A stretch of DNA of 64,000 nt from Eledone cirrhosa (Eukaryota): contig OZ024744.1 of the NCBI GenBank assembly GCA_964016885.1, positions 21,762,001-21,826,000 on the forward strand, read 5' to 3'. Shown here one piece after another: positions 44,401 to 59,400 of the stretch. The notes beneath the pieces were generated by a model. The model saw only the letters and a program-made list of their open reading frames with translations. It was not told where the DNA came from and ran no database searches. Positions within the stretch are counted from its first letter, which is position 1. Each line of letters opens with the position of its first letter. Made by a program: the position numbers and the translations under genes.

Positions 44401-47400
44401 GACATCTACAGACAGAAGAGGTGACAGCCACAACAGCTATGACATATTCAGACAGTTAGAAGAGGTGACAGCCACAACTGCTATGACATCTTCAGACAGT
44501 TATAAGATGTGACAGCCACAACAGCTATGACATATTCAGACAGTTAGAAGAGGTGACAGGAACAACAGCTATGACATCTTCAGACAGTTAGAAGAGGTGA
44601 CAGCCGCAACAGCTATGACATCTTTAGACAGTTAGAAGAGGTTGCAGGAACAACAGCTATGACATCTTCAGAAAGAAGAGGTGACAGGCACAACAGCTAT
44701 GACATCTACTGACAGAAGAGGTGACAGCCACAACAGCTATGGCATCTTCAGACAGTTAGAAGAGGTGACAGCCACAACAGCTATGGCATCTTCAGACAGT
44801 TATAAGATGTGACAGGCACATCAGCTATGACATCTACAGACAGAAGAGGTGACAGCCACAACAGCTATGACATCTTCAGACAATTAGAAGAGGTGACAGC
44901 CACAACAGCTATGACATCTTCAGAAGTTAGAAGAGGTAACAGGCACAACAGCTATGACATCTTCAGACAGTTAGAAGAGGTGACAGCTACAACAGCTATG
45001 TCATCTTCAGACAGAAGAGGTGACAGCCACAACAACTATGACATCTTCAGACAGTTAGAAGAGCTGACAGGCACAACAGCTATGACATCTTTAGACAGTT
45101 AGAAGAGGTGACAGCCACAACAGCTATGACATATTCAGACAGTTAGAAGAGGTGACGGCAACAACAGCTATGACATCTTCAGACAGAAGAGGTGACAGCC
45201 ACAACAGCTATGACATCTTCAGAGAGAAGAGGTGAAAGGCACAACAGCTATGACATCTACAGACAGAAGAGGTGACAGCCACAACAGCTATGACATATTC
45301 AGACAGTTAGAAGAGGTGACAGCCACAACTGCTATGACATCTTCAGACAGTTATAAGATGTGACAGCCACAACAGCTATGACATATTCAGACAGTTAGAA
45401 GAGGTGACAGGAACAACAGCTATGACATCTTCAGACAGTTAGAAGAGGTGACAGCCGCAACAGCTATGACATCTTTAGACAGTTAGAAGAGGTTGCAGGA
45501 ACAACAGCTATGACATCTTCAGAAAGAAGAGGTGACAGGCACAACAGCTATGACATCTACTGACAGAAGAGGTGACAGCCACAACAGCTATGGCATCTTC
45601 AGACAGTTAGAAGAGGTGACAGCCACAACAGCTATGGCATCTTCAGACAGTTATAAGATGTGACAGGCACATCAGCTATGACATCTACAGACAGAAGAGG
45701 TGACAGCCACAACAGCTATGACATCTTCAGACAGTTAGAAGAGGTGACAGGCACAACAGCTATGACATCTTCAGACAATTAGAAGAGGTGACAGCAACAA
45801 CAGCTATGACATCTTCAGAAGTTAGAAGAGGTAACAGGCACAACAGCTATGACATCTTCAGACAGTTAGAAGAGGTGACAGCAACAACAGCTATGACATC
45901 TTCAGACAGAAGAGGTGACAGCCACAACAACTATGACATCTTCAGACAGTTAGAAGAGCTGACAGCCACAACAGCTATGACATATTCAGACAGTTAGAAG
46001 AGGTGACGGCAACAACAGCTATGAGATCTTCAGACAGAAGAGGTGACAGCCACAACAGCTATGACATCTTCAGAGAGAAGAGGTGACAGGCACAACAGCT
46101 ATGACATCTACAGACAGAAGAGGTGACATCCACAACAGCTATGACATATTCAGACAGTTAGAAGAGGTGACAGCCACAACTGCTATGACATCTTCAGACA
46201 GTTATAAGATGTGACAGCCACAACAGCTATGACATATTCAGACAGAAGAGGTGACATGCACAACAGCTATGACATCTTCAGACAGTTAGAAGAGGTAACA
46301 GCAACAACAGCTATGACATCTTCAGACAGTTAGAAGAGGTGACAGGCACAACAGCTATGACATCTTTAGACAGTTGGAAGAGGTGACAGCCACAACAGCT
46401 ATGACATCTTCAGACATTTAGAAGAGGTGACAGACACAACAGCTATGACATCTTCAGACAGAAGAGGTGACAGGCTCAACAGCTATGACATCTTCAGACA
46501 GAACAGGTGACAGGCACAACAGCTATGACATATTCAGACAGTTAGAAGAGGTAACAGCAACAACAGCTATGACATCTTCAGACAGTTAGAAGAGATGACA
46601 GGCACAACAGCTATGACATATTTAGACAGTTGGAAGAGGTGACAGCCACAACAGCTATGACATCTCCAGACAGTTAGAAGAGGTGACAGCCACAACAGCT
46701 ATGACATCTTCAGACAGAAGAGGTGACATGCACAACAGCTATGACATCTTCAGACAGTTAGAAGAGGTAACAGCAACAACAGCTATGACATCTTCAGACA
46801 GTTAGAAGAGGTGACAGGCACAACAGCTGTGACATCTGTAGACAGTTGGAAGAGGTGACAGCCACAACAGCTATGACATCTTCAGACAGTTAGAAGAGGT
46901 GACAGCCACAACAGCTATGACATCTTCAGACAGTTAGAAGAGGTGACAGGAACAACAGCTATGACATCTTCAGAGAGAAGAGGTGACAGGCACAACAGCT
47001 ATGACATCTACAGACAGAATAGGTGACAGCCACAACAGCTATGACATATTCAGACAGAAGAGGTGACAGGCACAACGGCTATGACATCTTCAGACAGTTA
47101 GAAGAGGTGACAGCCACAACAGCTATGACATATTCAGACAGTTAGAAGAGGTGACAGGCACAACAGCTATGACATCTTTAGACAGTTGGAAGAGGTGACA
47201 GCCCCAACAGCTATGACATCTTCAGACAGTTAGAAGAGGTGACAGCCACAACAGCTATGACATCTTCAGACAGTTAGAAGAGGTGACAGGCACAACAGCT
47301 ATGACGTCTTCAGGCAGTTAGAAGAGGTGACAGGCACAACATCTATGTCATCTTCAGACAGTTAGAAGAGGTGACAGCAACAACAGCTATGACATCTTTA

Positions 47401-50400
47401 GACAGTTAGAAGCGGTGACAGCCACAACAGCTATGACATATTCAGACAGTTAGAAGAGGTGACGGCAACAACAGCTATGAGATCTTCAGACTGAAGAGGT
47501 GACAGCCACAAGAGCTATGATATCTTCAGACAAAAGAGGTGACAGGCACAACAGCTATGAGATCTTCAGACTGAAGAGGTGACAGCCACAACAGCTATGA
47601 TATCTTCAGACAAAAGAGGTGACAGGCACAACAGCTATGAGATCTTCAGACAGAAGAGGTGACAGCCACAACAGCTATGACATCTTCAGACAGTTAGAAG
47701 AGGTGACAGGCACAACAGCTATGACATCTTTAGACAGTTAGAAGAGGTGACAGCCACCACAGCTATGAGATATTCAGACAGTTAGAAGAGGTGACAGGCA
47801 CAACAGCTATGACATCTTCAGACAGTTAGAAGAGGTGACAGGCACAACAGCTATGACATCTACAGACAGAAGAGGTGACAGCCACAACAGCTATGGTATA
47901 TTCAGACAGTTAGAAGAGGTGACAGCCACAACAGCTATGACATCTTCAGACAGTTATAAGATGTGACAGCCACAACAGCTATGACATATTCAGACAGAAG
48001 AGGTGACAGGCACATCTGCTATGACATCTACAGACAGAAGAGGTGACAGCCACAACAGCTATGACATCTTCAGACAATTAGAAGAGGTGACAGCAACAAC
48101 AGCTATGACATCTTCAGACAGTTAGAAGAGGTGACAGCCACAACAGCTATGACGTCTTTAGACAGTTAGAAGAGGTGACAGTAACAACAGCTATGACATC
48201 TTCAGAAGTTAGAAGAGGTAGCAGGCACAACAGCTATGACATCTTCAGACAGTTAGAAGAGGTGACAGCAACAATAGCTATGACATCTTCAGACAGAAGA
48301 GGTGACAGCCACAACAACTATACATCTTCAGACAGTTAGAAGAGCTGACAGGCACAACAGCTATGACATCTTTAGACAGTTAGAAGAGGTGACAGCCACA
48401 ACAGCTATGACATATTCAGACAGTTAGAAGAGGTGACAGGCACAACAGCTATGACATCTTCAGACAGTTAGAAGAGGTGACGGCAACAACAGCTATGAGA
48501 TCTTCAGACAGAAGAGGTGACAGCCACAACAGCTATGACATCTTCAGAGAGAAGAGGTGACAGGCACAACAGCTATGACATCTACAGACAGATGAGGTGA
48601 CAGCCACAACAGCTATGACATATTCAGACAGTTAGAAGAGGTGACAGCCACAACTGCTATGACATCTTCAGACAGTTATAAGATGTGACAGCCACAACAG
48701 CTATGACATCTTTAGACAGTTAGAAGAGGTTACAGGAACAACAGCTATGACATCTTCAGAAAGAAGAGGTGACAGGCACAACAGCTATGACATCTACAGA
48801 CAGAAGAGGTGACAGCCACAACAGCTATGGCATATTCAGACAGTTAGAATAGGTGACAGCCACAACAGCTATGACATCTTCAGACAGTTATAAGATGTGA
48901 CAGGCACATCAGCTATGACATCTACAGACAGAAGAGGTGACAGCCACAACAGCTATGACATCTTCAGACAATTAGAAGAGGTGACAGCAACAACAGCTAT
49001 GACATCTTCAGACAGTTAGAAGAGGTGACAGCCACAACAGCTATGACATCTTCAGAAGTTAGAAGAGGTAACAGGCACAACAGCTATGACATCTTCAGAC
49101 AGTTAGAAGAGGTGACAGCTACAACAGCTATGACATCTTCAGACAGAAGAGGTGACAGCCACAACAACTATGACATCTTCAGACAGTTAGAAGAGCTGAC
49201 AGGCACAACAGCTATGACATCTTTAGACAGTTAGAAGAGGTGACAGCCACAACAGCTATGACATATTCAGACAGTTAGAAGAGGTGACGGCAACAACAGC
49301 TATGAGATCTTCAGACAGAAGAGGTGACAGCCACAACAGCTATGACATCTTCAGAGAGAAGAGGTGAAAGGCACAACAGCTATGACATCTACAGACAGAA
49401 GAGGTGACAGCCACAACAGCTATGACATATTCAGACAGTTAGAAGAGGTGACAGCCACAACTGCTATGACATCTTCAGACAGTTATAAGATGTGACAGCC
49501 ACAACAGCTATGACATATTCAGACAGTTAGAAGAGGTGACAGGAACAACAGCTATGACATCTTCAGACAGTTAGAAGAGGTGACAGCCGCAACAGCTATG
49601 ACATCTTTAGACAGTTAGAAGAGGTTGCAGGAACAACAGCTATGACATCTTCAGAAAGAAGAGGTGACAGGCACAACAGCTATGACATCTACTGACAGAA
49701 GAGGTGACAGCCACAACAGCTATGGCATCTTCAGACAGTTAGAAGAGGTGACAGCCACAACAGCTATGGCATCTTCAGACAGTTATAAGATGTGACAGGC
49801 ACATCAGCTATGACATCTACAGACAGAAGAGGTGACAGCCACAACAGCTATGACATCTTCAGACAATTAGACGAGGTGACAGCAACAACAGCTATGACAT
49901 CTTCAGACAGTTAGAAGAGGTGACAGCCACAACAGCTATGACATCTTCAGAAGTTAGAAGAGGTAACAGGCACAACAGCTATGACATCTTCAGACAGTTA
50001 GAAGAGGTGACAGCAACAACAGCTATGACATCTTCAGACAGAAGAGGTGACAGCCACAACAACTATGACATCTTCAGACAGTTAGAAGAGCTGACAGCCA
50101 CAACAGCTATGACATATTCAGACAGTTAGAAGAGGTGACGGCAACAACAGCTATGAGATCTTCAGACAGAAGAGGTGACAGCCACAACAGCTATGACATC
50201 TTCAGAGAGAAGAGGTGACAGGCACAACAGCTATGACATCTACAGACAGAAGAGGTGACATCCACAACAGCTATGACATATTCAGACAGTTAGAAGAGGT
50301 GACAGCCACAACTGCTATGACATCTTCAGACAGTTATAAGATGTGACAGCCACAACAGCTATGACATATTCAGACAGAAGAGGTGACATGCACAACAGCT

Positions 50401-53400
50401 ATGACATCTTCAGACAGTTAGAAGAGGTAACAGCAACAACAGCTATGACATCTTCAGACAGTTAGAAGAGGTGACAGGCACAACAGCTATGACATCTTTA
50501 GACAGTTGGAAGAGGTGACAGCCACAACAGCTATGACATCTTCAGACATTTAGAAGAGGTGACAGACACAACAGCTATGACATCTTCAGACAGAAGAGGT
50601 GACAGGCTCAACAGCTATGACATCTTCAGACAGAACAGGTGACAGGCACAACAGCTATGACATATTCAGACAGTTAGAAGAGGTAACAGCAACAACAGCT
50701 ATGACATCTTCAGACAGTTAGAAGAGATGACAGGCACAACAGCTATGACATATTTAGACAGTTGGAAGAGGTGACAGCCACAACAGCTATGACATCTCCA
50801 GACAGTTAGAAGAGGTGACAGCCACAACAGCTATGACATCTTCAGACAGAAGAGGTGACATGCACAACAGCTATGACATCTTCAGACAGTTAGAAGAGGT
50901 AACAGCAACAACAGCTATGACATCTTCAGACAGTTAGAAGAGGTGACAGGCACAACAGCTGTGACATCTGTAGACAGTTGGAAGAGGTGACAGCCACAAC
51001 AGCTATGACATCTTCAGACAGTTAGAAGAGGTGACAGCCACAACAGCTATGACATCTTCAGACAGTTAGAAGAGGTGACAGGAACAACAGCTATGACATC
51101 TTCAGAGAGAAGAGGTGACAGGCACAACAGCTATGACATCTACAGACAGAATAGGTGACAGCCACAACAGCTATGACATATTCAGACAGAAGAGGTGACA
51201 GGCACAACGGCTATGACATCTTCAGACAGTTAGAAGAGGTGACAGCCACAACAGCTATGACATATTCAGACAGTTAGAAGAGGTGACAGGCACAACAGCT
51301 ATGACATCTTTAGACAGTTGGAAGAGGTGACAGCCCCAACAGCTATGACATCTTCAGACAGTTAGAAGAGGTGACAGCCACAACAGCTATGACATCTTCA
51401 GACAGTTAGAAGAGGTGACAGGCACAACAGCTATGACGTCTTCAGGCAGTTAGAAGAGGTGACAGGCACAACATCTATGTCATCTTCAGACAGTTAGAAG
51501 AGGTGACAGCAACAACAGCTATGACATCTTTAGACAGTTAGAAGCGGTGACAGCCACAACAGCTATGACATATTCAGACAGTTAGAAGAGGTGACGGCAA
51601 CAACAGCTATGAGATCTTCAGACTGAAGAGGTGTCGGCCACAAGAGCTATGATATCTTCAGACAAAAGAGGTGACAGGCACAACAGCTATGAGATCTTCA
51701 GACAGAAGAGGTGACAGCCACAACAGCTATGACATCTTCAGACAGTTAGAAGAGGTGACAGGCACAACAGCTATGACATCTTTAGACAGTTAGAAGAGGT
51801 GACAGCCACCACAGCTATGAGATATTCAGACAGTTAGAAGAGGTGACAGGCACAACAGCTATGACATCTTCAGACAGTTAGAAGAGGTGACAGCCGCAAC
51901 AGCTATGACATCTTTAGACAGTTAGAAGAGGTTACAGGAACAACAGCTATGACATCTTCAGAAAGAAGAGGTGACAGGCACAACAGCTATGACATCTACA
52001 GACAGAAGAGGTGACAGCCACAACAGCTATGGCATATTCAGACAGTTAGAAGAGGTGACAGCCACAACAGCTATGACATCTTCAGACAGTTATAAGATGT
52101 GACAGCCACAACAGCTATGACATATTCAGACAGAAGAGGTGACAGGCACATCTGCTATGACATCTACAGACAGAAGAGGTGACAGCCACAACAGCTATGA
52201 CATCTTCAGACAATTAGAAGAGGTGACAGACACAACAGCTATGACATCTTCAGACAGAAGAGGTGACAGGCTCAACAGCTATGACATCTTCAGACAGAAC
52301 AGGTGACAGGCTCAACAGCTATGACATATTCAGACAGTTAGAAGAGGTAACAGCAACAACAGCTATGACATCTTCAGACAGTTAGAAGAGATGACAGGCA
52401 CAACAGCTATGACATATTTAGACAGTTGGAAGAGGTGACAGCCACAACAGCTATGACATCTCCAGACAGTTAGAAGAGGTGACAGCCACAACAGCTATGA
52501 CATCTTCAGACAGAAGAGGTGACATGCACAACAGCTATGACATCTTCAGACAGTTAGAAGAGGTAACAGCAACAACAGCTATGACATCTTCAGACAGTTA
52601 GAAGAGGTGACAGGCACAACAGCTGTGACATCTGTAGACAGTTGGAAGAGGTGACAGCCACAACAGCTATGACATCTTCAGACAGTTAGAAGAGGTGACA
52701 GCCACAACAGCTATGACATCTTCAGACAGTTAGAAGAGGTGACAGGAACAACAGCTATGACATCTTCAGAGAGAAGAGGTGACAGGCACAACAGCTATGA
52801 CATCTACAGACAGAATAGGTGACAGCCACAACAGCTATGACATATTCAGACAGAAGAGGTGACAGGCACAACGGCTATGACATCTTCAGACAGTTAGAAG
52901 AGGTGACAGCCACAACAGCTATGACATATTCAGACAGTTAGAAGAGGTGACAGGCACAACAGCTATGACATCTTTAGACAGTTGGAAGAGGTGACAGCCC
53001 CAACAGCTATGACATCTTCAGACAGTTAGAAGAGGTGACAGCCACAACAGCTATGACATCTTCAGACAGTTAGAAGAGGTGACAGGCACAACAGCTATGA
53101 CGTCTTCAGGCAGTTAGAAGAGGTGACAGGCACAACATCTATGTCATCTTCAGACAGTTAGAAGAGGTGACAGCCACAACAGCTATGACATCTTTAGACA
53201 GTTAGAAGCGGTGACAGCCACAACAGCTATGACATATTCAGACAGTTAGAAGAGGTGACGGCAACAACAGCTATGAGATCTTCAGACTGAAGAGGTGACA
53301 GCCACAAGAGCTATGATATCTTCAGACAAAAGAGGTGACAGGCACAACAGCTATGAGATCTTCAGACAGAAGAGGTGACAGCCACAACAGCTATGACATC

Positions 53401-56400
53401 TCCAGACAGTTAGAAGAGGTGACAGGCACAACAGCTATGACATCTTTAGACAGTTAGAAGAGGTGACAGCCACCACAGCTATGAGATATTCAGACAGTTA
53501 GAAGAGGTGACAGGCACAACAGCTATGACATCTTCAGACAGTTAGAAGAGGTGACAGCCGCAACAGCTATGACATCTTTAGACAGTTAGAAGAGGTTACA
53601 GGAACAACAGCTATGACATCTTCAGAAAGAAGAGGTGACAGGCACAACAGCTATGACATCTACAGACAGAAGAGGTGACAGCCACAACAGCTATGGCATA
53701 TTCAGACAGTTAGAAGAGGTGACAGCCACAACAGCTATGACATCTTCAGACAGTTATAAGATGTGACAGCCACAACAGCTATGACATATTCAGACAGAAG
53801 AGGTGACAGGCACATCTGCTATGACATCTACAGACAGAAGAGGTGACAGCCACAACAGCTATGACATCTTCAGACAATTAGAAGAGGTGACAGCAACAAC
53901 AGATATGACATCTTCAGACAGTTAGAAGAGGTGACAGCCACAACAGCTATGACGTCTTTAGACAGTTAGAAGAGGTGACAGTAACAACAGCTATGACATC
54001 TTCAGAAGTTAGAAGAGGTAACAGGCACAACAGCTATGACATCTTCAGACAGTTAGAAGAGGTGACAGCAACAACAGCTATGACATCTTCAGACAGAAGA
54101 GGTGACAGCCACAACAACTATACATCTTCAGACAGTTAGAAGAGCTGACAGGCACAACAGCTATGACATCTTTAGACAGTTAGAAGAGGTGACAGCCACA
54201 ACAGCTATGACATATTCAGACAGTTAGAAGAGGTGACAGGCACAACAGCTATGACATCTTCAGACAGTTAGAAGAGGTGACGGCAACAACAGCTATGAGA
54301 TCTTCAGACAGAAGAGGTGACAGCCACAACAGCTATGACATCTTCAGAGAGAAGAGGTGACAGGCACAACAGCTATGACATCTACAGACAGATGAGGTGA
54401 CAGCCACAACAGCTATGACATATTCAGACAGTTAGAAGAGGTGACAGCCACAACTGCTATGACATCTTCAGACAGTTATAAGATGTGACAGCCACAACAG
54501 CTATGACATCTTTAGACAGTTAGAAGAGGTTACAGGAACAACAGCTATGACATCTTCAGAAAGAATAGGTGACAAGCACAACAGCTATGACATCTACAGA
54601 CAGATTTGGTGACAGCCACAACAGCTATGACATATTCAGACAGTTAGAAGAGGTGACAGCCACAACTGCTATGACATCTTCAGACAGTTATAAGATGTGA
54701 CAGCCACAACAGCTATGACATCTTTAGACAGTTAGAAGAGGTTACAGGAACAACAGCTATGACATCTTCAGAAAGAAGAGGTGACAGGCACAACAGCTAT
54801 GACATCTACAGACAGAAGAGGTGACAGCCACAACAGCTATGGCATATTCAGACAGTTAGAAGAGGTGACAGCCACAACAGCTATGACATCTTCAGACAGT
54901 TATAAGATGTGACAGGCACATCAGCTATGACATCTACAGACAGAAGAGGTGACAGCCACAACAGCTATGACATCTTCAGACAATTAGAAGAGGTGACAGC
55001 AACAACAGCTATGACATCTTCAGACAGTTAGAAGAGGTGACAGCTACAACAGCTATGACATCTTCAGACAGAAGAGGTGACAGCCACAACAACTATGACA
55101 TCTTCAGACAGTTAGAAGAGCTGACAGGCACAACAGCTATGACATCTTTAGACAGTTAGAAGAGGTGACAGCCACAACAGCTATGACATATTCAGACAGT
55201 TAGAAGAGGTGACGGCAACAACAGCTATGAGATCTTCAGACAGAAGAGGTGACAGCCACAACAGCTATGACATCTTCAGAAAGAAGAGGTGACAGGCACA
55301 ACAGCTATGACATCTACAGACAGAAGAGGTGACAGCCACAACAGCTATGACATATTCAGACAGTTAGAAGAGGTGACAGCCACAACTGCTATGACATCTT
55401 CAGACAGTTATAAGATGTGACAGCCACAACAGCTATGACATATTCAGACAGTTAGAAGAGGTGACAGGAACAACAGCTATGACATCTTCAGACAGTGAGA
55501 AGAGGTGACAGCCGCAACAGCTATGACATCTTTAGACAGTTAGAAGAGGTTGCAGGAACAACAGCTATGACATCTTCAGAAAGAAGAGGTGACAGGCACA
55601 ACAGCTATGACATCTACTGACAGAAGAGGTGACAGCCACAACAGCTATGGCATATTCAGACAGTTAGAAGAGGTGACAGCCACAACAGCTATGACATCTT
55701 CAGACAGTTATAAGATGTGACAGGCACATCAGCTATGACATCTACAGACAGAAGAGGTGACAGCCACAACAGCTATGACATCTTCAGACAATTAGAAGAG
55801 GTGACAGCAACAACAGCTATGACATCTTCAGACAGTTAGAAGAGGTGACAGCCACAACAGCTATGACATCTTCAGAAGTTAGAAGAGGTAACAGGCACAA
55901 CAGCTATGACATCTTCAGACAGTTAGAAGAGGTGACAGCAACAACAGCTATGACATCTTCAGACAGAAGAGGTGACAGCCACAACAACTATGACATCTTC
56001 AGACAGTTAGAAGAGCTGACAGGCACAACAGCTATGACATCTTCAGACAGTTAGAAGAGGTGACAGCCACAACAGCTATGACATATTCAGACAGTTAGAA
56101 GAGGTGACGGCAACAACAGCTATGAGATCTTCAGACAGAAGAGGTGACAGCCACAACAGCTATGACATCTTCAGAGAGAAGAGGTGACAGGCACAACAGC
56201 TATGACATCTACAGACAGAAGAGGTGACAGCCACAACAGCTATGACATATTCAGACAGTTAGAAGAGGTGACAGGCACAACAGCTATGACATCTTCAGAC
56301 AGTTAGAAGAGGTGACGGCAACAACAGCTATGAGATCTTCAGACAGAAGAGGTGACAGCCACAACAGCTATGACATCTTCAGAGAGAAGAGGTGACAGGC

Positions 56401-59400
56401 ACAACAGCTATGACATCTACAGACAGATGAGGTGACAGCCACAACAGCTATGACATATTCAGACAGTTAGAAGAGGTGACAGCCACAACTGCTATGACAT
56501 CTTCAGACAGTTATAAGATGTGACAGCCACAACAGCTATCACATCTTTAGACAGTTAGAAGAGGTTACAGGAACAACAGCTATGACATCTTCAGAAAGAA
56601 GAGGTGACAGGCACAACAGCTATGACATCTACAGACAGAAGAGGTGACAGCCACAACAGCTATGGCATATTCAGACAGTTAGAAGAGGTGACAGCCACAA
56701 CAGCTATGACATCTTCAGACAGTTATAAGATGTGACAGGCACATCAGCTATGACATCTACAGACAGAAGAGGTGACAGCCACAACAGCTATGACATCTTC
56801 AGACAATTAGAAGAGGTGACAGCAACAACAGCTATGACATCTTCAGACAGTTAGAAGAGGTGACAGCCACAACAGCTATGACATCTTCAGAAGTTAGAAG
56901 AGGTAACAGGCACAACAGCTATGACATCTTCAGACAGTTAGAAGAGGTGACAGCTACAACAGCTATGACATCTTCAGACAGAAGAGGTGACAGCCACAAC
57001 AACTATGACATCTTCAGACAGTTAGAAGAGCTGACAGGCACAACAGCTATGACATCTTTAGACAGTTAGAAGAGGTGACAGCCACAACAGCTATGACATA
57101 TTCAGACAGTTAGAAGAGGTGACGGCAACAACAGCTATGAGATCTTCAGACAGAAGAGGTGACAGCCACAACAGCTATGACATCTTCAGAGAGAAGAGGT
57201 GACAGGCACAACAGCTATGACATCTACAGACAGAAGAGGTGACAGCCACAACAGCTATGACATATTCAGACAGTTAGAAGAGGTGACAGCCACAACTGCT
57301 ATGACATCTTCAGACAGTTATAAGATGTGACAGCCACAACAGCTATGACATATTCAGACAGTTAGAAGAGGTGACAGGAACAACAGCTATGACATCTTCA
57401 GACAGTTAGAAGAGGTTGCAGGAACAACAGCTATGACATCTTCAGACAGTTAGAAGAGGTGACAGGCACAACAGCTATGACATCTTTAGACAGTTGGAAG
57501 AGGTTGCAGGAACAACAGCTATGACATCTTCAGAAAGAAGAGGTGACAGGCACAACAGCTATGACATCTACTGACAGAAGAGGTGACAGCCACAACAGCT
57601 ATGGCATATTCAGACAGTTAGAAGAGGTGACAGCCACAACAGCTATGACATCTTCAGACAGTTATAAGATGTGACAGGCACATCAGCTATGACATCTACA
57701 GACAGAAGAGGTGACAGCCACAACAGCTATGACATCTTCAGACAATTAGAAGAGGTGACAGCAACAACAGCTATGACATCTTCAGACAGTTAGAAGAGGT
57801 GACAGCCACAACAGCTATGACATCTTCAGAAGTTAGAAGAGGTGACAGCAACAACAGCTATGACATCTTCAGACAGAAGAGGTGACAGCCACAACAACTA
57901 TGACATCTTCAGACAGTTAGAAGAGCTGACAGGCACAACAGCTATGACATCTTTAGACAGTTAGAAGAGGTGACAGCCACAACAGCTATGACATATTCAG
58001 ACAGTTAGAAGAGGTGACGGCAACAACAGCTATGAGATCTTCAGACAGAAGAGGTGACAGCCACAACAGCTATGACATCTTCAGAGAGAAGAGGTGACAG
58101 GCACAACAGCTATGACATCTACAGACAGAAGAGGTGACAGCCACAACAGCTATGACATATTCAGACAGTTAGAAGAGGTGACAGCCACAACTGCTATGAC
58201 ATCTTCAGACAGTTATAAGATGTGACAGCCACAACAGCTATGACATATTCAGACAGAAGAGGTGACATGCACAACAGCTATGACATCTTCAGACAGTTAG
58301 AAGAGGTAACAGCAACAACAGCTATGACATCTTCAGACAGTTAGAAGAGGTGACAGGCACAACAGCTATGACATCTTTAGACAGTTGGAAGAGGTGACAG
58401 CCACAACAGCTATGACATCTTCAGACATTTAGAAGAGGTGACAGACACAACAGCTATGACATCTTCAGACAGAAGAGGTGACAGGCACAACAGCTATGAC
58501 ATCTTCAGACAGAACAGGTGACAGGCACAACAGCTATGACATATTCAGACAGTTAGAAGAGGTAACAGCAACAACAGCTATGACATCTTCAGACAGTTAG
58601 AAGAGATGACAGGCACAACAGCTATGACATATTTAGACAGTTGGAAGAGGTGACAGCCACAACAGCTATGACATCTCCAGACAGTTAGAAGAGGTGACAG
58701 CCACAACAGCTATGACATCTTCAGACAGAAGAGGTGACATGCACAACAGCTATGACATCTTCAGACAGTTAGAAGAGGTAACAGCAACAACAGCTATGAC
58801 ATCTTCAGACAGTTAGAAGAGGTGACAGGCACATCAGCTGTGACATCTGTAGACAGTTGGAAGAGGTGACAGCCACAACAGCTATGACATCTTCAGACAG
58901 TTAGAAGAGGTGACAGCCACAACAGCTATGACATCTTCAGACAGTTAGAAGAGGTGACAGGAACAACAGCTATGACATCTTCAGAGAGAAGAGGTGACAG
59001 GCACAACAGCTATGACATCTACAGACAGAATAGGTGACAGCCACAACAGCTATGACATATTCAGACAGAAGAGGTGTCAGGCACAACGGCTATGACATCT
59101 TCAGACAGTTAGAAGAGGTGACAGCCACAACAGCTATGACATATTCAGACAGTTAGAAGAGGTGACAGGCACAACAGCTATGACATCTTTAGACAGTTGG
59201 AAGAGGTGACAGCCACAACAGCTATGACATCTTCAGACAGTTAGAAGAGGTGACAGGCACAACAGCTATGACGTCTTCAGGCAGTTATAAGATGTGACAG
59301 GCACATCAGCTATGACATCTACAGACAGAAGAGGTGACAGCCACAACAGCTATGACATCTTCAGACAATTAGAAGAGGTGACAGCAACAACAGCTATGAC

